A DNA stretch of 63,633 nt, filler included, from a bacterium (lineage in GTDB: Bacteria; JALSQH01): NCBI GenBank assembly GCA_026985515.1. It is 10 parts of 10 records of this genome, joined end to end, with 100 filler letters (N's around TTAATTAATTAA, not from the genome) between each part and the next. Parts side by side here need not be neighbours in the genome. Positions count along the whole stretch, not along the records: positions 1 to 4,228 come from JALSQH010000073.1; positions 4,329 to 20,090 come from JALSQH010000074.1; 8 more parts are not named here. One strand, written 5' to 3'. The translations under genes and the position numbers were made by a program. A model generated the notes under the pieces. It ran no database searches. It was not told the DNA's origin and saw only the letters and a program-made list of their open reading frames with translations. Of the stretch, positions 1 through 9,903 are shown in pieces (position 1 is the stretch's first letter; the number at the start of each line of letters is the position of its first letter).

Positions 1-2509
1 AAGCCTGAACCAGTATATCCTTCCTGTCAGTTGAAAAGAGAGTTTTCTCTCCTGATGCAGAGAGCATTAAAAATGAAGAAAGCGGTTCATACTCAAAGAA
101 GAAACCTTTAGCTATTACCTCTTCGTTGCTGAGCTGTTTACCCGGGTAGAAAAGAATTCTGCTTCTGTAACCATTTCTTTCATCACACCATGCACCAAGA
201 TTTGCACCCTCCTCAATAAAAGTATTCCGTAGAATAACAACTTCTATTTTTCCATCCTCATCCACCCTCCAGGCTCTGTTTCCGGGAGAAGAAAATATAG
301 CTTCATTGCCTCCACTTCCCGCAACCTTTAACCATCCCTCCACGGGCCAGTAAGTGGGATTGTAAAGCCCCTTTCTCTTTCTCTTCCATGTTCCACCTGG
401 CAGATGCGCAATAAAGTCTGTACCGGAAAGAGTGGTTTCAAATGCAGCAACCCATGAGATATGGTCAGGGAATTTTCCCAGTGGCTCAACTTCAATTTCA
501 AAGTAAATCTCAGGTGAATCGGGGAAAATCCAGGCTTTTTTCTCAACAAAAAAATTCTCGTAATCAGCTCTGAAGCTGTATCCCCATCTGAGCGGCTGCT
601 GATCAATAATTCTGAAAACAGGGGAGCTTACAGGGGTAAATTTAATTTCTCTATAACTGTCAGGGGAAAGTTCCATTCCCATTCTGTAAATACCTCCAGT
701 ATCCCTGTAGGTCACCACCTTCAACCCCTCACCACCATTGATGTAGTCTTCACCCATAACCTTAAGTCTGGTAATATTTCCAGTTGACTTATCTATTCGC
801 ATAAGGTCAATGTAACCTGTTCTGACCTCAACATAACTTCCAAAATCTGCCACCACAACAAAATCATTCTGAGAAATATCTCTGTTTTCCAGTGGCTGGA
901 GCTTTATTCCACCAGGAGGCAAAACAATTCGTGTAACCATCTGACCACTTTTAATACTCCCATCATCGTAAAATGATTGTGGAAAAAGTTTTCCAATCCC
1001 ATTCTCAGTATCAAAGGTTAGATTCTGGACACCTGGCTCAAGGTTAATATTCATTTCTCCATGATAGGTTATGGCAAAGGGAAAGGGATTTTGAAAAATA
1101 AGTGTGGGTACATCTCCCTGAGAATTTATGTATTCTTTAACAATCTGATTCCAGATACCACTGCTCTGTGCCATCCAGTTAACAGAATCTGGTAACTGCT
1201 CATCGTAGTAAACATGGGGTAAGCTGGTACCGGGGATCCAGTCATGATGATTGATAAGAACAGCCTTCTTCCATATCTCTTCAATCTGTGGTTGATAATT
1301 TTTCCTCGTGTGCAGGTAAAGGAGAACACCTGCCTCCTCAGCCTGAGTGAGGTTTCTGGTAATAGTAGTTGATGATTCTTTTAAAATGGGATGTGTCGTG
1401 TAGAAACCTGTCCAGAGAGGATTAAAATCAGCTTTAAAAACAGGAATGTTTTTCTCCTCAGATTCGCTCAAAGCCATAAAATCTCTGAAAGTTGCCGTTA
1501 CCGCATAGACACCCGTGTCCTTAAATTTCTTTTCATTCCACCACTTCGCATATGTGGCAAGCTGGAAATGTGGAAACTGGAAATCACAACCCACAGGCAC
1601 AAAGAGATATTTTCTTCCAGTGGAAAACTTTTCAAGATCCTCAATTACCTTCCCTATTCTTTCAATAATTTTATCAACATCATCTGAAGAAGTCAGGATG
1701 AAACCGGGAACAGAAGCAGGTACAGGTGAATCTATATAGTCACCCTCACAGTAGGTGTATGGCATCCAGTAGGCAAGTACCCTCCCACCACCAGGACCTT
1801 CCCACCAGAAGAGGGAGAGATTGTGCTTCCAGAAGTACTCCCCATGTGAACCAGGCATGTAACTCTTTGTTCCACCAATTCTACCCATCAGGTCCTTCAG
1901 TTCTGCTGAAGTATAAAAAGGTGCCCCATCCATTCTGGAGAATCCCACATACCTGTATCCAAGATGTGATAAAATGTCGGGCAGAGTTCCACTGTGGCCA
2001 AAGCTGTCAGGTTGCCAGGCAGCATCTGGAAAGGCTCCAAAGTGATCAAATGTCCAGTTTCCACCATACATCCAGTCCCTTATCAGCATTTCCGTTGTGG
2101 GAAGAATGGTGTCTGGACTTGTGTAGCCACCCCCCACAATCTGAAGTCTACTCTCGTCAAAAAACTTTTTCATTTCTTTCACTTTATCTGGATGGTCCTC
2201 AATATACCTCTTCAGGAAAGCGATCTCCGAAATGGAATAGGTATTTTCCCTGTCATATTCAAGATGGAAAAGTGAACTGGAAATGATCTTTTCAACAAGA
2301 CTTTTGTAGTACTCTTCAAAAGTTCTCTGCCAGTTTATGTCCCAGTGAGATGACTGGCTCATGATCAGAACTCTCTCTGCATCAGAAGGGATTTTCAACC
2401 TCCTCTTTAACTCTTCAGATTTTTGAGATGTTCCACAACCGGTGTCAAAACCAAGAAAAGTTATGCTACCGCTGAGTAAAAGAAATTTTAAAAACTCTCT
2501 TCTATCCAT
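1..2509 (-). CDS. Tat-exported lipoprotein, glycoside hydrolase family 38 (alpha-mannosidase-like); 3' end runs off the window
   Basis: Absent from the ORF track; translated by hand in sampled stretches. Starts MDRREFLKF (twin-arginine) with a TGC lipobox. GH38 motifs SSHWDINW (Zn HxD), WQPDSFGHS (nucleophile), WTGFYTT and NHHDWIPGTS. The frame is still open at position 1. Confidence 0.85.
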   Translation of the reverse strand, partial: MDRREFLKFLLLSGSITFLGFDTGCGTSQKSEELKRRLKIPSDAERVLIMSQSSHWDINWQRTFEEYYKSLVEKIISSSLFHLEYDRENTYSISEIAFLKRYIEDHPDKVKEMKKFFDESRLQIVGGGYTSPDTILPTTEMLIRDWMYGGNWTFDHFGAFPDAAWQPDSFGHSGTLPDILSHLGYRYVGFSRMDGAPFYTSAELKDLMGRIGGTKSYMPGSHGEYFWKHNLSLFWWEGPGGGRVLAYWMPYTYCEGDYIDSPVPASVPGFILTSSDDVDKIIERIGKVIEDLEKFSTGRKYLFVPVGCDFQFPHFQLATYAKWWNEKKFKDTGVYAVTATFRDFMALSESEEKNIPVFKADFNPLWTGFYTTHPILKESSTTITRNLTQAEEAGVLLYLHTRKNYQPQIEEIWKKAVLINHHDWIPGTSLPHVYYDEQLPDSVNWMAQSSGIWNQIVKEYINSQGDVPTLIFQNPFPFAITYHGEMNINLEPGVQNLTFDTENGIGKLFPQSFYDDGSIKSGQMVTRIVLPPGGIKLQPLENRDISQNDFVVVADFGSYVEVRTGYIDLMRIDKSTGNITRLKVMGEDYINGGEGLKVVTYRDTGGIYRMGMELSPDSYREIKFTPVSSPVFRIIDQQPLRWGYSFRADYENFFVEKKAWIFPDSPEIYFEIEVEPLGKFPDHISWVAAFETTLSGTDFIAHLPGGTWKRKRKGLYNPTYWPVEGWLKVAGSGGNEAIFSSPGNRAWRVDEDGKIEVVILRNTFIEEGANLGAWCDERNGYRSRILFYPGKQLSNEEVIAKGFFFEYEPLSSFLMLSASGEKTLFSTDRKDILVQA

Positions 2510-3837
2510 CTTACCTCCCTGGTTAACATTTCGACTTCAAAATTTACTTCAAGATTAGAAATATCCACAGATTTTCCCACCTTATGAACATACACGATTC
2601 TTCCGTCACCATCCACGATAACTGGCAGAAGTTTTCTCTCAACCCTGCCAATTTTTTTTGATGAAAAAATTTCCTTTAACTTCCTGGTAATAGCCTTTCC
2701 ACCGTACAGGATTTTCATTCTATCACCGGGAAGATAACCTTTAACAGCTGGATCAGGCAATCTGTTGCAATCTTTTCCACTAATTCTTATTCTCCACCAC
2801 CCCCACTCTTTGGCCTCTGAGCAGGTAAGTTTTTCAGGAGAAGGTATTAAATCTGAGAATTTTCCATCACATAGAAAGAGAAATTCACCTGCCCTGCCGC
2901 CTGTAACAGGACCTGGAAACTCACGAAATATTTCTTTCTCATGCAGAAGAATCTCCTCCATTCCTCTCATAAAATTCATACTCCCTCCACCCTTTAACCC
3001 AAGAGCGAAAAGCATTCTTCGGTAAATCTCTCCTCTCTCAAATGGAGTCAATCTGAAAATGGATTGATAACTGCAGAGAACACATCCTGAAGGAATCAGA
3101 AAACAGATTGAGGAAACCAGATTCAAGATATGTCTGTCAATAAACTGCATTGCATTCCTGAAAATCTCAATGTTTTCGCCAATTCTCCTTTTCACTTTTC
3201 TACCAAGTTTCTCTTCAAGGAAAGGAATTATTTCGTGGCGAATCATATTTCGGGTGAATCTCCTGTCATAGTTTGAAGAATCGATTCTGTATGGAATCCC
3301 CTTTTCCTCAAGAAATCGGGTTATCTCTTCCTTGGTGACAGTGAGAAGGGGCCTCAGGTATTTGCCCCTGATGGGTTTTATTCCAGCCAGTCCATTTAAT
3401 CCCCCACCCCTGAAAAAGTTGAAAATGACAGTTTCCACATTATCATCGAAATTGTGGGCAGTTACGATCCAGTCAAAATCTTCAGCATATTTTTCAAAAA
3501 CGCCATATCTCAATCTTCTCGCAGCTTCTTCAAGAGTTTCACCTTTTTCTCTGCATCTTTTTACATCCACTCTTTCAACAATGAGATTAATATTCTTACT
3601 GGTCACAAACCTTCTGACAAATTCTTCATCTTCGTCGCTCTCCCTGCCCCTGAGCATGTGATTGAGGTGAATCGCCTCAATATGAAAAGGAACTCTTTCT
3701 CTTTTCCACAGCAGATAATTGAGCAGGAAAACAGAGTCAGGTCCTCCCGAAATGGCGGCAAGAAGATGTTTTCTTTCAAGATTTACACCAAGAGAATTGA
3801 GAAAATCATCAACTTTCTCAAAAATACCGTTCATCAC
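2488..3837 (-). CDS. tilS: tRNA(Ile)-lysidine synthetase
   Basis: PP-loop AISGGPDS, HLNHMLRG, ARRLRY, TAHNFDDNVET, RPLL, DSSN, RNMIRH. Confidence 0.95.
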   Translation of the reverse strand: MMNGIFEKVDDFLNSLGVNLERKHLLAAISGGPDSVFLLNYLLWKRERVPFHIEAIHLNHMLRGRESDEDEEFVRRFVTSKNINLIVERVDVKRCREKGETLEEAARRLRYGVFEKYAEDFDWIVTAHNFDDNVETVIFNFFRGGGLNGLAGIKPIRGKYLRPLLTVTKEEITRFLEEKGIPYRIDSSNYDRRFTRNMIRHEIIPFLEEKLGRKVKRRIGENIEIFRNAMQFIDRHILNLVSSICFLIPSGCVLCSYQSIFRLTPFERGEIYRRMLFALGLKGGGSMNFMRGMEEILLHEKEIFREFPGPVTGGRAGEFLFLCDGKFSDLIPSPEKLTCSEAKEWGWWRIRISGKDCNRLPDPAVKGYLPGDRMKILYGGKAITRKLKEIFSSKKIGRVERKLLPVIVDGDGRIVYVHKVGKSVDISNLEVNFEVEMLTREVRWIEESF

Positions 3838-3884
3838 AGTGAAATTATATCATAAAGAGGGGGAAAAGGAGAGGAGGCTCTTTG

Positions 3885-3914
3885 ACCCAAAATCTCTTAA
3901 TTGAGATTTTGGGT
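3885..3914. terminator. Perfect 12-bp hairpin, possible intrinsic terminator
   Basis: ACCCAAAATCTC-TTAATT-GAGATTTTGGGT upstream of tilS; no clear U-tract. Confidence 0.45.
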
Positions 3915-4228
3915 GAATAAAAATTTATTATTTCAAAACACATAAACCTGCTTTCAGGTACCAGACTGACAGCTGATGATGGTGAAATAAGGGGAGGAAT
4001 TGAAGAAAAGGTAGTTTATGGTAGTAAATTTCTTCTTTCATAAAATTTACAACCCTACTTCAGCTCCCCTACCACCCTAACTGAATAATTGCCATTATTT
4101 TCTTCTATACTGAGTACACCATACCTGAATCTTATTACCATTAAGAATACGCACGGTTTTATTTCCACTTTCTCCTTTGCCTTATCTGAATTCACATCAC
4201 GTGCTACTATCCAGATGTGTCCATTACC

Positions 4229-4328
4229 NNNNNNNNNNNNNNNNNNNNNNNNNNNNNNNNNNNNNNNNNNNNTTAATTAATTAANNNNNNNNNNNNNNNN
4301 NNNNNNNNNNNNNNNNNNNNNNNNNNNN
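4229..4328. other. Artificial contig spacer
   Basis: 100 nt: Ns flanking TTAATTAATTAA (stops in all six frames). Confidence 0.99.
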
Positions 4329-4495
4329 CGGTTTATCTTGCCACTTCTGAGGAAGTTGCTGATGTTACTGGTGAGTATTTTGTTAACAGAAGGATTGCAA
4401 AGGCTGCAAAAATTGCTTATGATTATGATGTTCAGAAGAGGTGCTGGGATTTGAGCGAGAAATTTACAGGCGTCAGATGGATTGACAAGTTTTGA
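4329..4495 (+). CDS. C-terminal fragment of a short-chain dehydrogenase (retinol-DH-like); 5' truncated
   Basis: Hand translation VYLATSEEVADVTGEYF...AYDYDVQKRCWDLSEKFTG matches the typical tail of this subfamily. Confidence 0.75.
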
Positions 4496-4511
4496 TTTTC
4501 TATTGTAAAAT
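4482..4511 (+). promoter_or_regulatory. Putative sigma70 promoter
   Basis: TTGACA-18 nt-TAAAAT, followed by the RBS AGGAGG before the ATG at 4539. Confidence 0.55.
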
Positions 4512-4538
4512 ATTATTAACAAAATTCAGGAGGTTGAA

Positions 4539-5249
4539 ATGAGCAACGATAAGCCTGTTAAAATTCTTCTGGTAGACGATATGCGGAATTTCCTTGATCT
4601 TGAAATTTCTTTTTTGAGAAGATCAGATGTTAAAATTTTGACGGCTGAGGATGGGGTTGAGGCTCTTAAAATCACCAAGGCTGAAAAACCAGATATAGTT
4701 CTTCTTGATATTGAGATGCCCAGAATGGATGGAATTCAGGTGTGCAGGATTATTAAGAGTGACCCTTCCCTCAAACACATCCCCGTGGTAATGGTTACTT
4801 CTACCAACAGATATGAGGAAGCGATGAATGCCGGGGCTAATGATTTCTGGAAGAAACCAATTTTTGAGAAGGATTTTCTTGAGGGTATAAAGAAATTTGT
4901 ACCCATCAAAGAGAGAGTTGAAGAAAGGATACCCGTGGGTCTGCAGGTAGATTACAGAGTGGGGGAGGATAAGAATAAGGTCGTTCAGGCTTTTACAGCA
5001 AACATCAGTAAAGGTGGAATGTTTCTGATAACAAGAGATACACTTCCAGTGGGTTCTGTGCTTGAACTTGAAATCCACCTTCCAGATGGGAAAGTGAAGG
5101 CAAAAGGAGAGGTGGTGAGAGAGGTTAAAGAGGAGGAAGAGGGACTTTACACTTCGGGTATGGGAATTAAACTCATCTCATTTGAGAATGACGGGAAAAA
5201 GGTTTACGAAGATTTCATAGAGAGCAAACTTAAAGAAAAGGAGAGTTAA
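4539..5249 (+). CDS. Response regulator receiver + PilZ domain protein
   Basis: LLVDD / LLDIEMP / KKP receiver motifs; PilZ RxxxR (RVEER) and NISKGG. Confidence 0.9.
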   Translation: MSNDKPVKILLVDDMRNFLDLEISFLRRSDVKILTAEDGVEALKITKAEKPDIVLLDIEMPRMDGIQVCRIIKSDPSLKHIPVVMVTSTNRYEEAMNAGANDFWKKPIFEKDFLEGIKKFVPIKERVEERIPVGLQVDYRVGEDKNKVVQAFTANISKGGMFLITRDTLPVGSVLELEIHLPDGKVKAKGEVVREVKEEEEGLYTSGMGIKLISFENDGKKVYEDFIESKLKEKES

Positions 5250-5250
5250 T

Positions 5251-5682
5251 ATGCCGGCTGCACAGGATTCCATTATAATCAATGTTCCAAAAGAGAAATT
5301 CTTTGAGGTGATAACCGATTTTGAAAAGTATCCAGAATTTATCCCTGAAATGAAGAGTGCACAGGTAGTTGAGCATAAGGACAATGAATACATAGTTGAT
5401 TTCACCGTTACCCTCATAAAAAAGATTGATTACAGGTTGAAACTGATTGCCCATCCCTATACAAAGCTGGAGTGGAATCTCGTTAAAGGCTTCTTCAAAA
5501 AGAATTACGGCTACTGGGAGATTGAGGAACTGGGTCCGGAGCAGATTAAAGCAACTTACTATGTGGAACTTGAAATGGGTATGCTTGTGCCAAAGAAAAT
5601 TCTCAATGAACTGGCACAGATAGGCTTGCCCAGAATGCTTAAGAATTTCAAGGAAAGGGCAGAATCTCTCTATAAATCCTGA
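5251..5682 (+). CDS. SRPBCC/START (polyketide cyclase/Coq10-like) lipid-binding protein
   Basis: VITDFEKYPEFIP motif, GYWEI, C-terminal helix FKERAE. Confidence 0.85.
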   Translation: MPAAQDSIIINVPKEKFFEVITDFEKYPEFIPEMKSAQVVEHKDNEYIVDFTVTLIKKIDYRLKLIAHPYTKLEWNLVKGFFKKNYGYWEIEELGPEQIKATYYVELEMGMLVPKKILNELAQIGLPRMLKNFKERAESLYKS

Positions 5683-5686
5683 GCAT

Positions 5687-6676
5687 TTGATGAATAGCAG
5701 AGTTTGCAGGGAAGTAGCTGTTGGAATTTTGATTATTGATGCTCTAATTGTGCTTATTTTTCTTGCGTTTAAAATCGGTGGGGCAGGGCTTGGGAGGAAG
5801 AATATTTACATCATAAGGGCAAAAGATGCACTGGGACTTGTTGAAAACAGCTCTGTCATGATTGCAGGGGTGGAGGTGGGTAAGATAAGGCATTTGAGCA
5901 TCGAGGGAGACCACGCCTTAATCGAATTTGCTGTTGATTCCACAATAAAATTGAGAGAGGGCACAAAATTTTACATAAGGGGGAAGAGCCTCCTTGGAGA
6001 AAAGTATCTTGATGTTATTCCCTCCCTCCATGGAGGATTTTTGCCTGAAAATACTCCCCTTGATGAATGGGCAACACATGAAACAGAAATTGGTGACTTT
6101 GTTACGAAAATCAACCAGAAATACATGCCTTCACCTGAGGATTTCCGGAGAATTTTCAATGCTTTTATGCTCTTACTTGTAAGACATTCCGGTGATATTG
6201 AGAGGTCTCTGGAGTGGTTTGGAAAACTGACGGAAGAGATACCGCCTGAAAGGGCAGGTGAATTTATAGCTGAGACGGAGAGTTTTTTTCGCTTTCTCCA
6301 TATTGTGGAGAGTGATTATATGAGGTGGAGGAAAGGCGTAGATAATGCCTTTAACTTACTCAACAGGGTTTCCAGGGATTATTCCACCATATCGGCCCAG
6401 ATTCAGAAATATGGTGGATATTTTCCCGATGTGACCACGGTATCCTGGTATGTGGAAAATGTAAGGGATATTCTCCTGAATACCAGAAAACTTCTCTGCA
6501 ATCTCAATTACCAGCTTCACAAATTTGACAATGTTGATTTTGAAACTCTCAAGGAAATTCTTGAGGATGAGGGGTTTAAGGTGAGATTCTGGGGAAGAAG
6601 CAGAGAGGAGAGGGAGAGGGATATAAAGTTGTTCAGATCTTACCAGAAGAATGTAACGGGGGAGGGATGTAGATGA
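5687..6676 (+). CDS. MCE/MlaD family protein
   Basis: N-terminal TM; DALGLVENSSVMIAGVEVGKI and SLLGEKYLDVIP; helical C-terminus. Confidence 0.9.
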   Translation: MMNSRVCREVAVGILIIDALIVLIFLAFKIGGAGLGRKNIYIIRAKDALGLVENSSVMIAGVEVGKIRHLSIEGDHALIEFAVDSTIKLREGTKFYIRGKSLLGEKYLDVIPSLHGGFLPENTPLDEWATHETEIGDFVTKINQKYMPSPEDFRRIFNAFMLLLVRHSGDIERSLEWFGKLTEEIPPERAGEFIAETESFFRFLHIVESDYMRWRKGVDNAFNLLNRVSRDYSTISAQIQKYGGYFPDVTTVSWYVENVRDILLNTRKLLCNLNYQLHKFDNVDFETLKEILEDEGFKVRFWGRSREERERDIKLFRSYQKNVTGEGCR

Positions 6677-8562
6677 GATTTGTTAGAATTTTGCCTTTCT
6701 TGATTTTTCTTTTTCTGACTTCATGTAATGTAACCACAAATGAGAAGCTCAGAGTTCACCCCATCTATGATGTTAAAGCTTTTGAATCTGGTGACTACTT
6801 TGCCATACCTTTTCCCGATTTTCACAGAGTCAGTGAAGGTAAGGTGGATTTCAGAGATTTCCCCGGCGTCAATTCAAATGAGATGTTCAGAAGAGTTGCC
6901 CGACAGCTCGAGGAGAATTTTACGGGCTTTGGACTCAACTCAGCAATTTTTGTTCCCTTTTCTGGAGAAGTTTCTGAAGAATCCCTTTCATTTTCTGTGA
7001 CAGATTCTGTGAATGGTGGTTCTCCGGTTTACCTCGTTGACATTGACGATAATTCCCCACAGAGGGGAAAAAGGATACCCATAATGGTCAGGTTTTATAA
7101 AGGTGACTCAAAATATTTGCCATCAAACACTCTGATCGTAATCCCTGTTCCCGGATTCCCCCTGAGGGAAAACACCTGGTATGCACTGGTGATAAAGGAT
7201 GGGCTGCTGGATAAAGATGGTAACAGAGTCGTTCCCCCGGAGGATTTTGAAGAGGAGTATAACCGGGGGATTTATCCATTCAATTTGGTCCGAAAAATAA
7301 CAGGGAATGAAAAGATCATACTGGCTGTTCCTTTTAGAACAGGGGTGGCTTCTGAGGGGTTAAAGAAAATCTATCAGTATGTTCAGGGCATAGATGTTAA
7401 ATTTACTGTGGATCCAGATCTTTACTATGCATACTGGAACTATGATCCGAGACCCGAAATTGAGGGAAAGTTTCTGTCACCCCAGTTTCAAAAGGGTGAT
7501 CCACCATATTTGAAAGAGGGAGAGGGTTATTTCGTTTTTGACAGTGAGGGTAATCCCGTTCCTCAGAGATGGGAATGGGTGAGGTTTTCCATCCTGCTTC
7601 CCGATTCTCCACCTCCAGAAAATGGCTATCCCGTTGTGATCTATGCTCACGGCACAGGTGGAGATTATCAAACTTACATAAGAAGCTGGGTTGGGTATTA
7701 TCTCACTTCCATGGGATATGCAGTTGTTGGATTTGATCAGCCGCTTCACGGGGCGAGAAACCCGAGACATGGCGGAGAGGAGCTATACACCTTCAATTTT
7801 ATAAATCCAGTTGCCATGAGGGACAATATCAGGCAGGGTGCAGTGGATCTATTTGTGCTCAGAAAGATGGTGGAAAAGTTTTATCTTTCTCCTGCGTCCT
7901 CTCCCACAGGGTGGAAGATCTTTTTTGATATGGAGAGGGCTGGATTTTTCGGTCATTCCCAGGGAGCACTAACCGGTGCCCTCTATCTTGCCATAGAAGA
8001 TTTTCCCTTTCGTGGTGCTGTTCTCTCCGGTTCAAGTGGGGACCTCATTCTGGCTTTCCTGTACAAGGTTTCTCCTGTCAATATTCCTGATCTGTTTAAA
8101 ATCTTTCTCACTGAGTATGACAATTACACCCTTTTCAATCCCATCTTATCTCTTTTCCAGATCATGGCTGATCCTGCTGATCCCATTAACTTCGGGAAGG
8201 ATATTATCTACCATCACGGAAGAAAGTCACCCATGAACCTTTATATCTCTGAGGGTCTTGAGGATGAGGAAACACCACCTCCTCTCATAGAGGCTTTTGG
8301 GTCAACAACAGGGGTGGTTCCCGTTGAACCTGTGTACAAAATGCCCATCCAGTTTAATTTGAAAAAAGTTACTCCTCTGACAAGGCCTGTTGAGGGAAAT
8401 CTAACAATCGATACAGACTCGGGTGAAAAGAGGGTGACAGCTGTATTTATACAGTATCCCGGATATGGACACTTTGCATGTTTTGAAAGTGAAGATGCCA
8501 TTGATGACTGGACTCAGTTTTTCAGGTCTCTGCTGGATAGTAGAGTGGCGGAAATAAAGTAG
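6673..8562 (+). CDS. Lipoprotein with Ig-like domain and alpha/beta-hydrolase (lipase-like)
   Basis: Lipobox LTSC; HGTGG oxyanion, GHSQG nucleophile elbow, candidate Asp (DEETP) and His (GYGHF). Confidence 0.75.
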   Translation: MRFVRILPFLIFLFLTSCNVTTNEKLRVHPIYDVKAFESGDYFAIPFPDFHRVSEGKVDFRDFPGVNSNEMFRRVARQLEENFTGFGLNSAIFVPFSGEVSEESLSFSVTDSVNGGSPVYLVDIDDNSPQRGKRIPIMVRFYKGDSKYLPSNTLIVIPVPGFPLRENTWYALVIKDGLLDKDGNRVVPPEDFEEEYNRGIYPFNLVRKITGNEKIILAVPFRTGVASEGLKKIYQYVQGIDVKFTVDPDLYYAYWNYDPRPEIEGKFLSPQFQKGDPPYLKEGEGYFVFDSEGNPVPQRWEWVRFSILLPDSPPPENGYPVVIYAHGTGGDYQTYIRSWVGYYLTSMGYAVVGFDQPLHGARNPRHGGEELYTFNFINPVAMRDNIRQGAVDLFVLRKMVEKFYLSPASSPTGWKIFFDMERAGFFGHSQGALTGALYLAIEDFPFRGAVLSGSSGDLILAFLYKVSPVNIPDLFKIFLTEYDNYTLFNPILSLFQIMADPADPINFGKDIIYHHGRKSPMNLYISEGLEDEETPPPLIEAFGSTTGVVPVEPVYKMPIQFNLKKVTPLTRPVEGNLTIDTDSGEKRVTAVFIQYPGYGHFACFESEDAIDDWTQFFRSLLDSRVAEIK

Positions 8563-9903
8563 TTAAAGGTCTTTTCTGTAGATGGTTCTTTTGCTGATTC
8601 CGAGCAGTTCAGCTGCTTTCCCCTTGTTGCCACCGGTAAGCTCAAGAACTTTTCTTATGTAGATCCTTTCCAGTTCCTCCAGAGGTATGATTTTATCAAG
8701 GATCAGTATGGGTTCGCTCTCCGGCTGGGGAAGTTTGCACTCTTCGACGGGAATGTCTATCTCTTCAATTCTCTCTCCGTCGGCCAGTGCCACAGCCCTT
8801 TCTATGGCATTTTCCAGTTCTCTTACATTTCCGGGCCATGGATAACTCTCGAGACATGAATATAGTCGTGGATTTATCCCTTTTACCTTTTTCCCATATT
8901 TTTCTGAATACTTTTTTATGAAATGTTCCACCAGGAGAGGGATATCCTCTTTCCTCTCACGGAGAGGAGGTAGTTTGATGTTGAGTACGTTTAATCTGTA
9001 GTAGAGATCCTCTCTGAACTTCTTTTCCTCCACAGCTTTTTTCAGATCCTGATTGGTTGCCGCAATTATTCTGACATTTACGGGAATTTGCTGATTGCTT
9101 CCAAGTGGTCTTATGGTTTTTTCCTCGAGCACCCTGAGTAGCTTGCTCTGGAGATTCAGGCTCATATCTCCAATTTCATCCAGAAATATTGTTCCACCAT
9201 CTGCCTCTGCAAAGAGTCCCTTCTTTGACTGGGTTGCACCTGTAAAGGCCCCCTTGACATATCCGAAAAGTTCGCTTTCAAGGAGATTGTCAGGTATGGC
9301 TGCGCAGTTTATCGTAACAAATGGCCCATTGGCCCTATGGCTGTTGAAGTGTATTGCCCTGGCTACCAGTTCTTTTCCCGTTCCAGATTCCCCCTCAATC
9401 AGTACGTTACTGTCAACTCTGCTGATCTTCTCAATCAGATCGAAAATAGCCTGCATTTTTGATGATCTGCCAATAATGTTGTAGAACTGGTACCTCTCAG
9501 TGAGAATTTTCCTGAGAAGAATGTTTTCCTGCTGCAACTTCTTCGTTTCCAGAGCTTTTTTCAGTGTGTGACGGAGACCGGAGATTTTGAACGGTTTGGT
9601 TATGTAATCAAAGGCTCCTTCCTTTATCGCCTGTATGGCTGTTTCAACTGTTCCAAATGCTGTCATTATTATGACTTCAGTGTCGGGTGAAATTTCCTTA
9701 ACCATTTTAAGAATGGCGAAACCATCCACTTCCCCCATTTTTAAATCTGTCAGCACGATATCGTACTGCTTCTCTCTGATGACTTTCTCCGTCTCTCTGC
9801 TTTCAGTGAGGGTATCCACGTCATATTCTTTTGAAAGTGCATCTTTTAACATTTCCACCATTTCAGGATCGTCGTCTATTACAAGAATTGAATATCTGCT
9901 CAT
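8563..9903 (-). CDS. Sigma54-dependent response regulator (NtrC/AtoC/ZraR family)
   Basis: Receiver, GESGTGKE, GAFTGA, FLDEIGD, WPGNVRELEN, Fis-type HTH. Confidence 0.97.
   Translation of the reverse strand: MSRYSILVIDDDPEMVEMLKDALSKEYDVDTLTESRETEKVIREKQYDIVLTDLKMGEVDGFAILKMVKEISPDTEVIIMTAFGTVETAIQAIKEGAFDYITKPFKISGLRHTLKKALETKKLQQENILLRKILTERYQFYNIIGRSSKMQAIFDLIEKISRVDSNVLIEGESGTGKELVARAIHFNSHRANGPFVTINCAAIPDNLLESELFGYVKGAFTGATQSKKGLFAEADGGTIFLDEIGDMSLNLQSKLLRVLEEKTIRPLGSNQQIPVNVRIIAATNQDLKKAVEEKKFREDLYYRLNVLNIKLPPLRERKEDIPLLVEHFIKKYSEKYGKKVKGINPRLYSCLESYPWPGNVRELENAIERAVALADGERIEEIDIPVEECKLPQPESEPILILDKIIPLEELERIYIRKVLELTGGNKGKAAELLGISKRTIYRKDL

Noticed and set aside
328..2286. Short ORFs listed in the track over 328-2286
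   Set aside because: Shadow frames of the long GH38 gene
3915..4228. Possible gene end or small ORFs at the end of the first contig
   Set aside because: All frames are short and no motif is recognisable
5251..5682. RatA toxin of a toxin-antitoxin pair
   Set aside because: No RatB/RnfH-like partner or smpB context; a generic START call is safer
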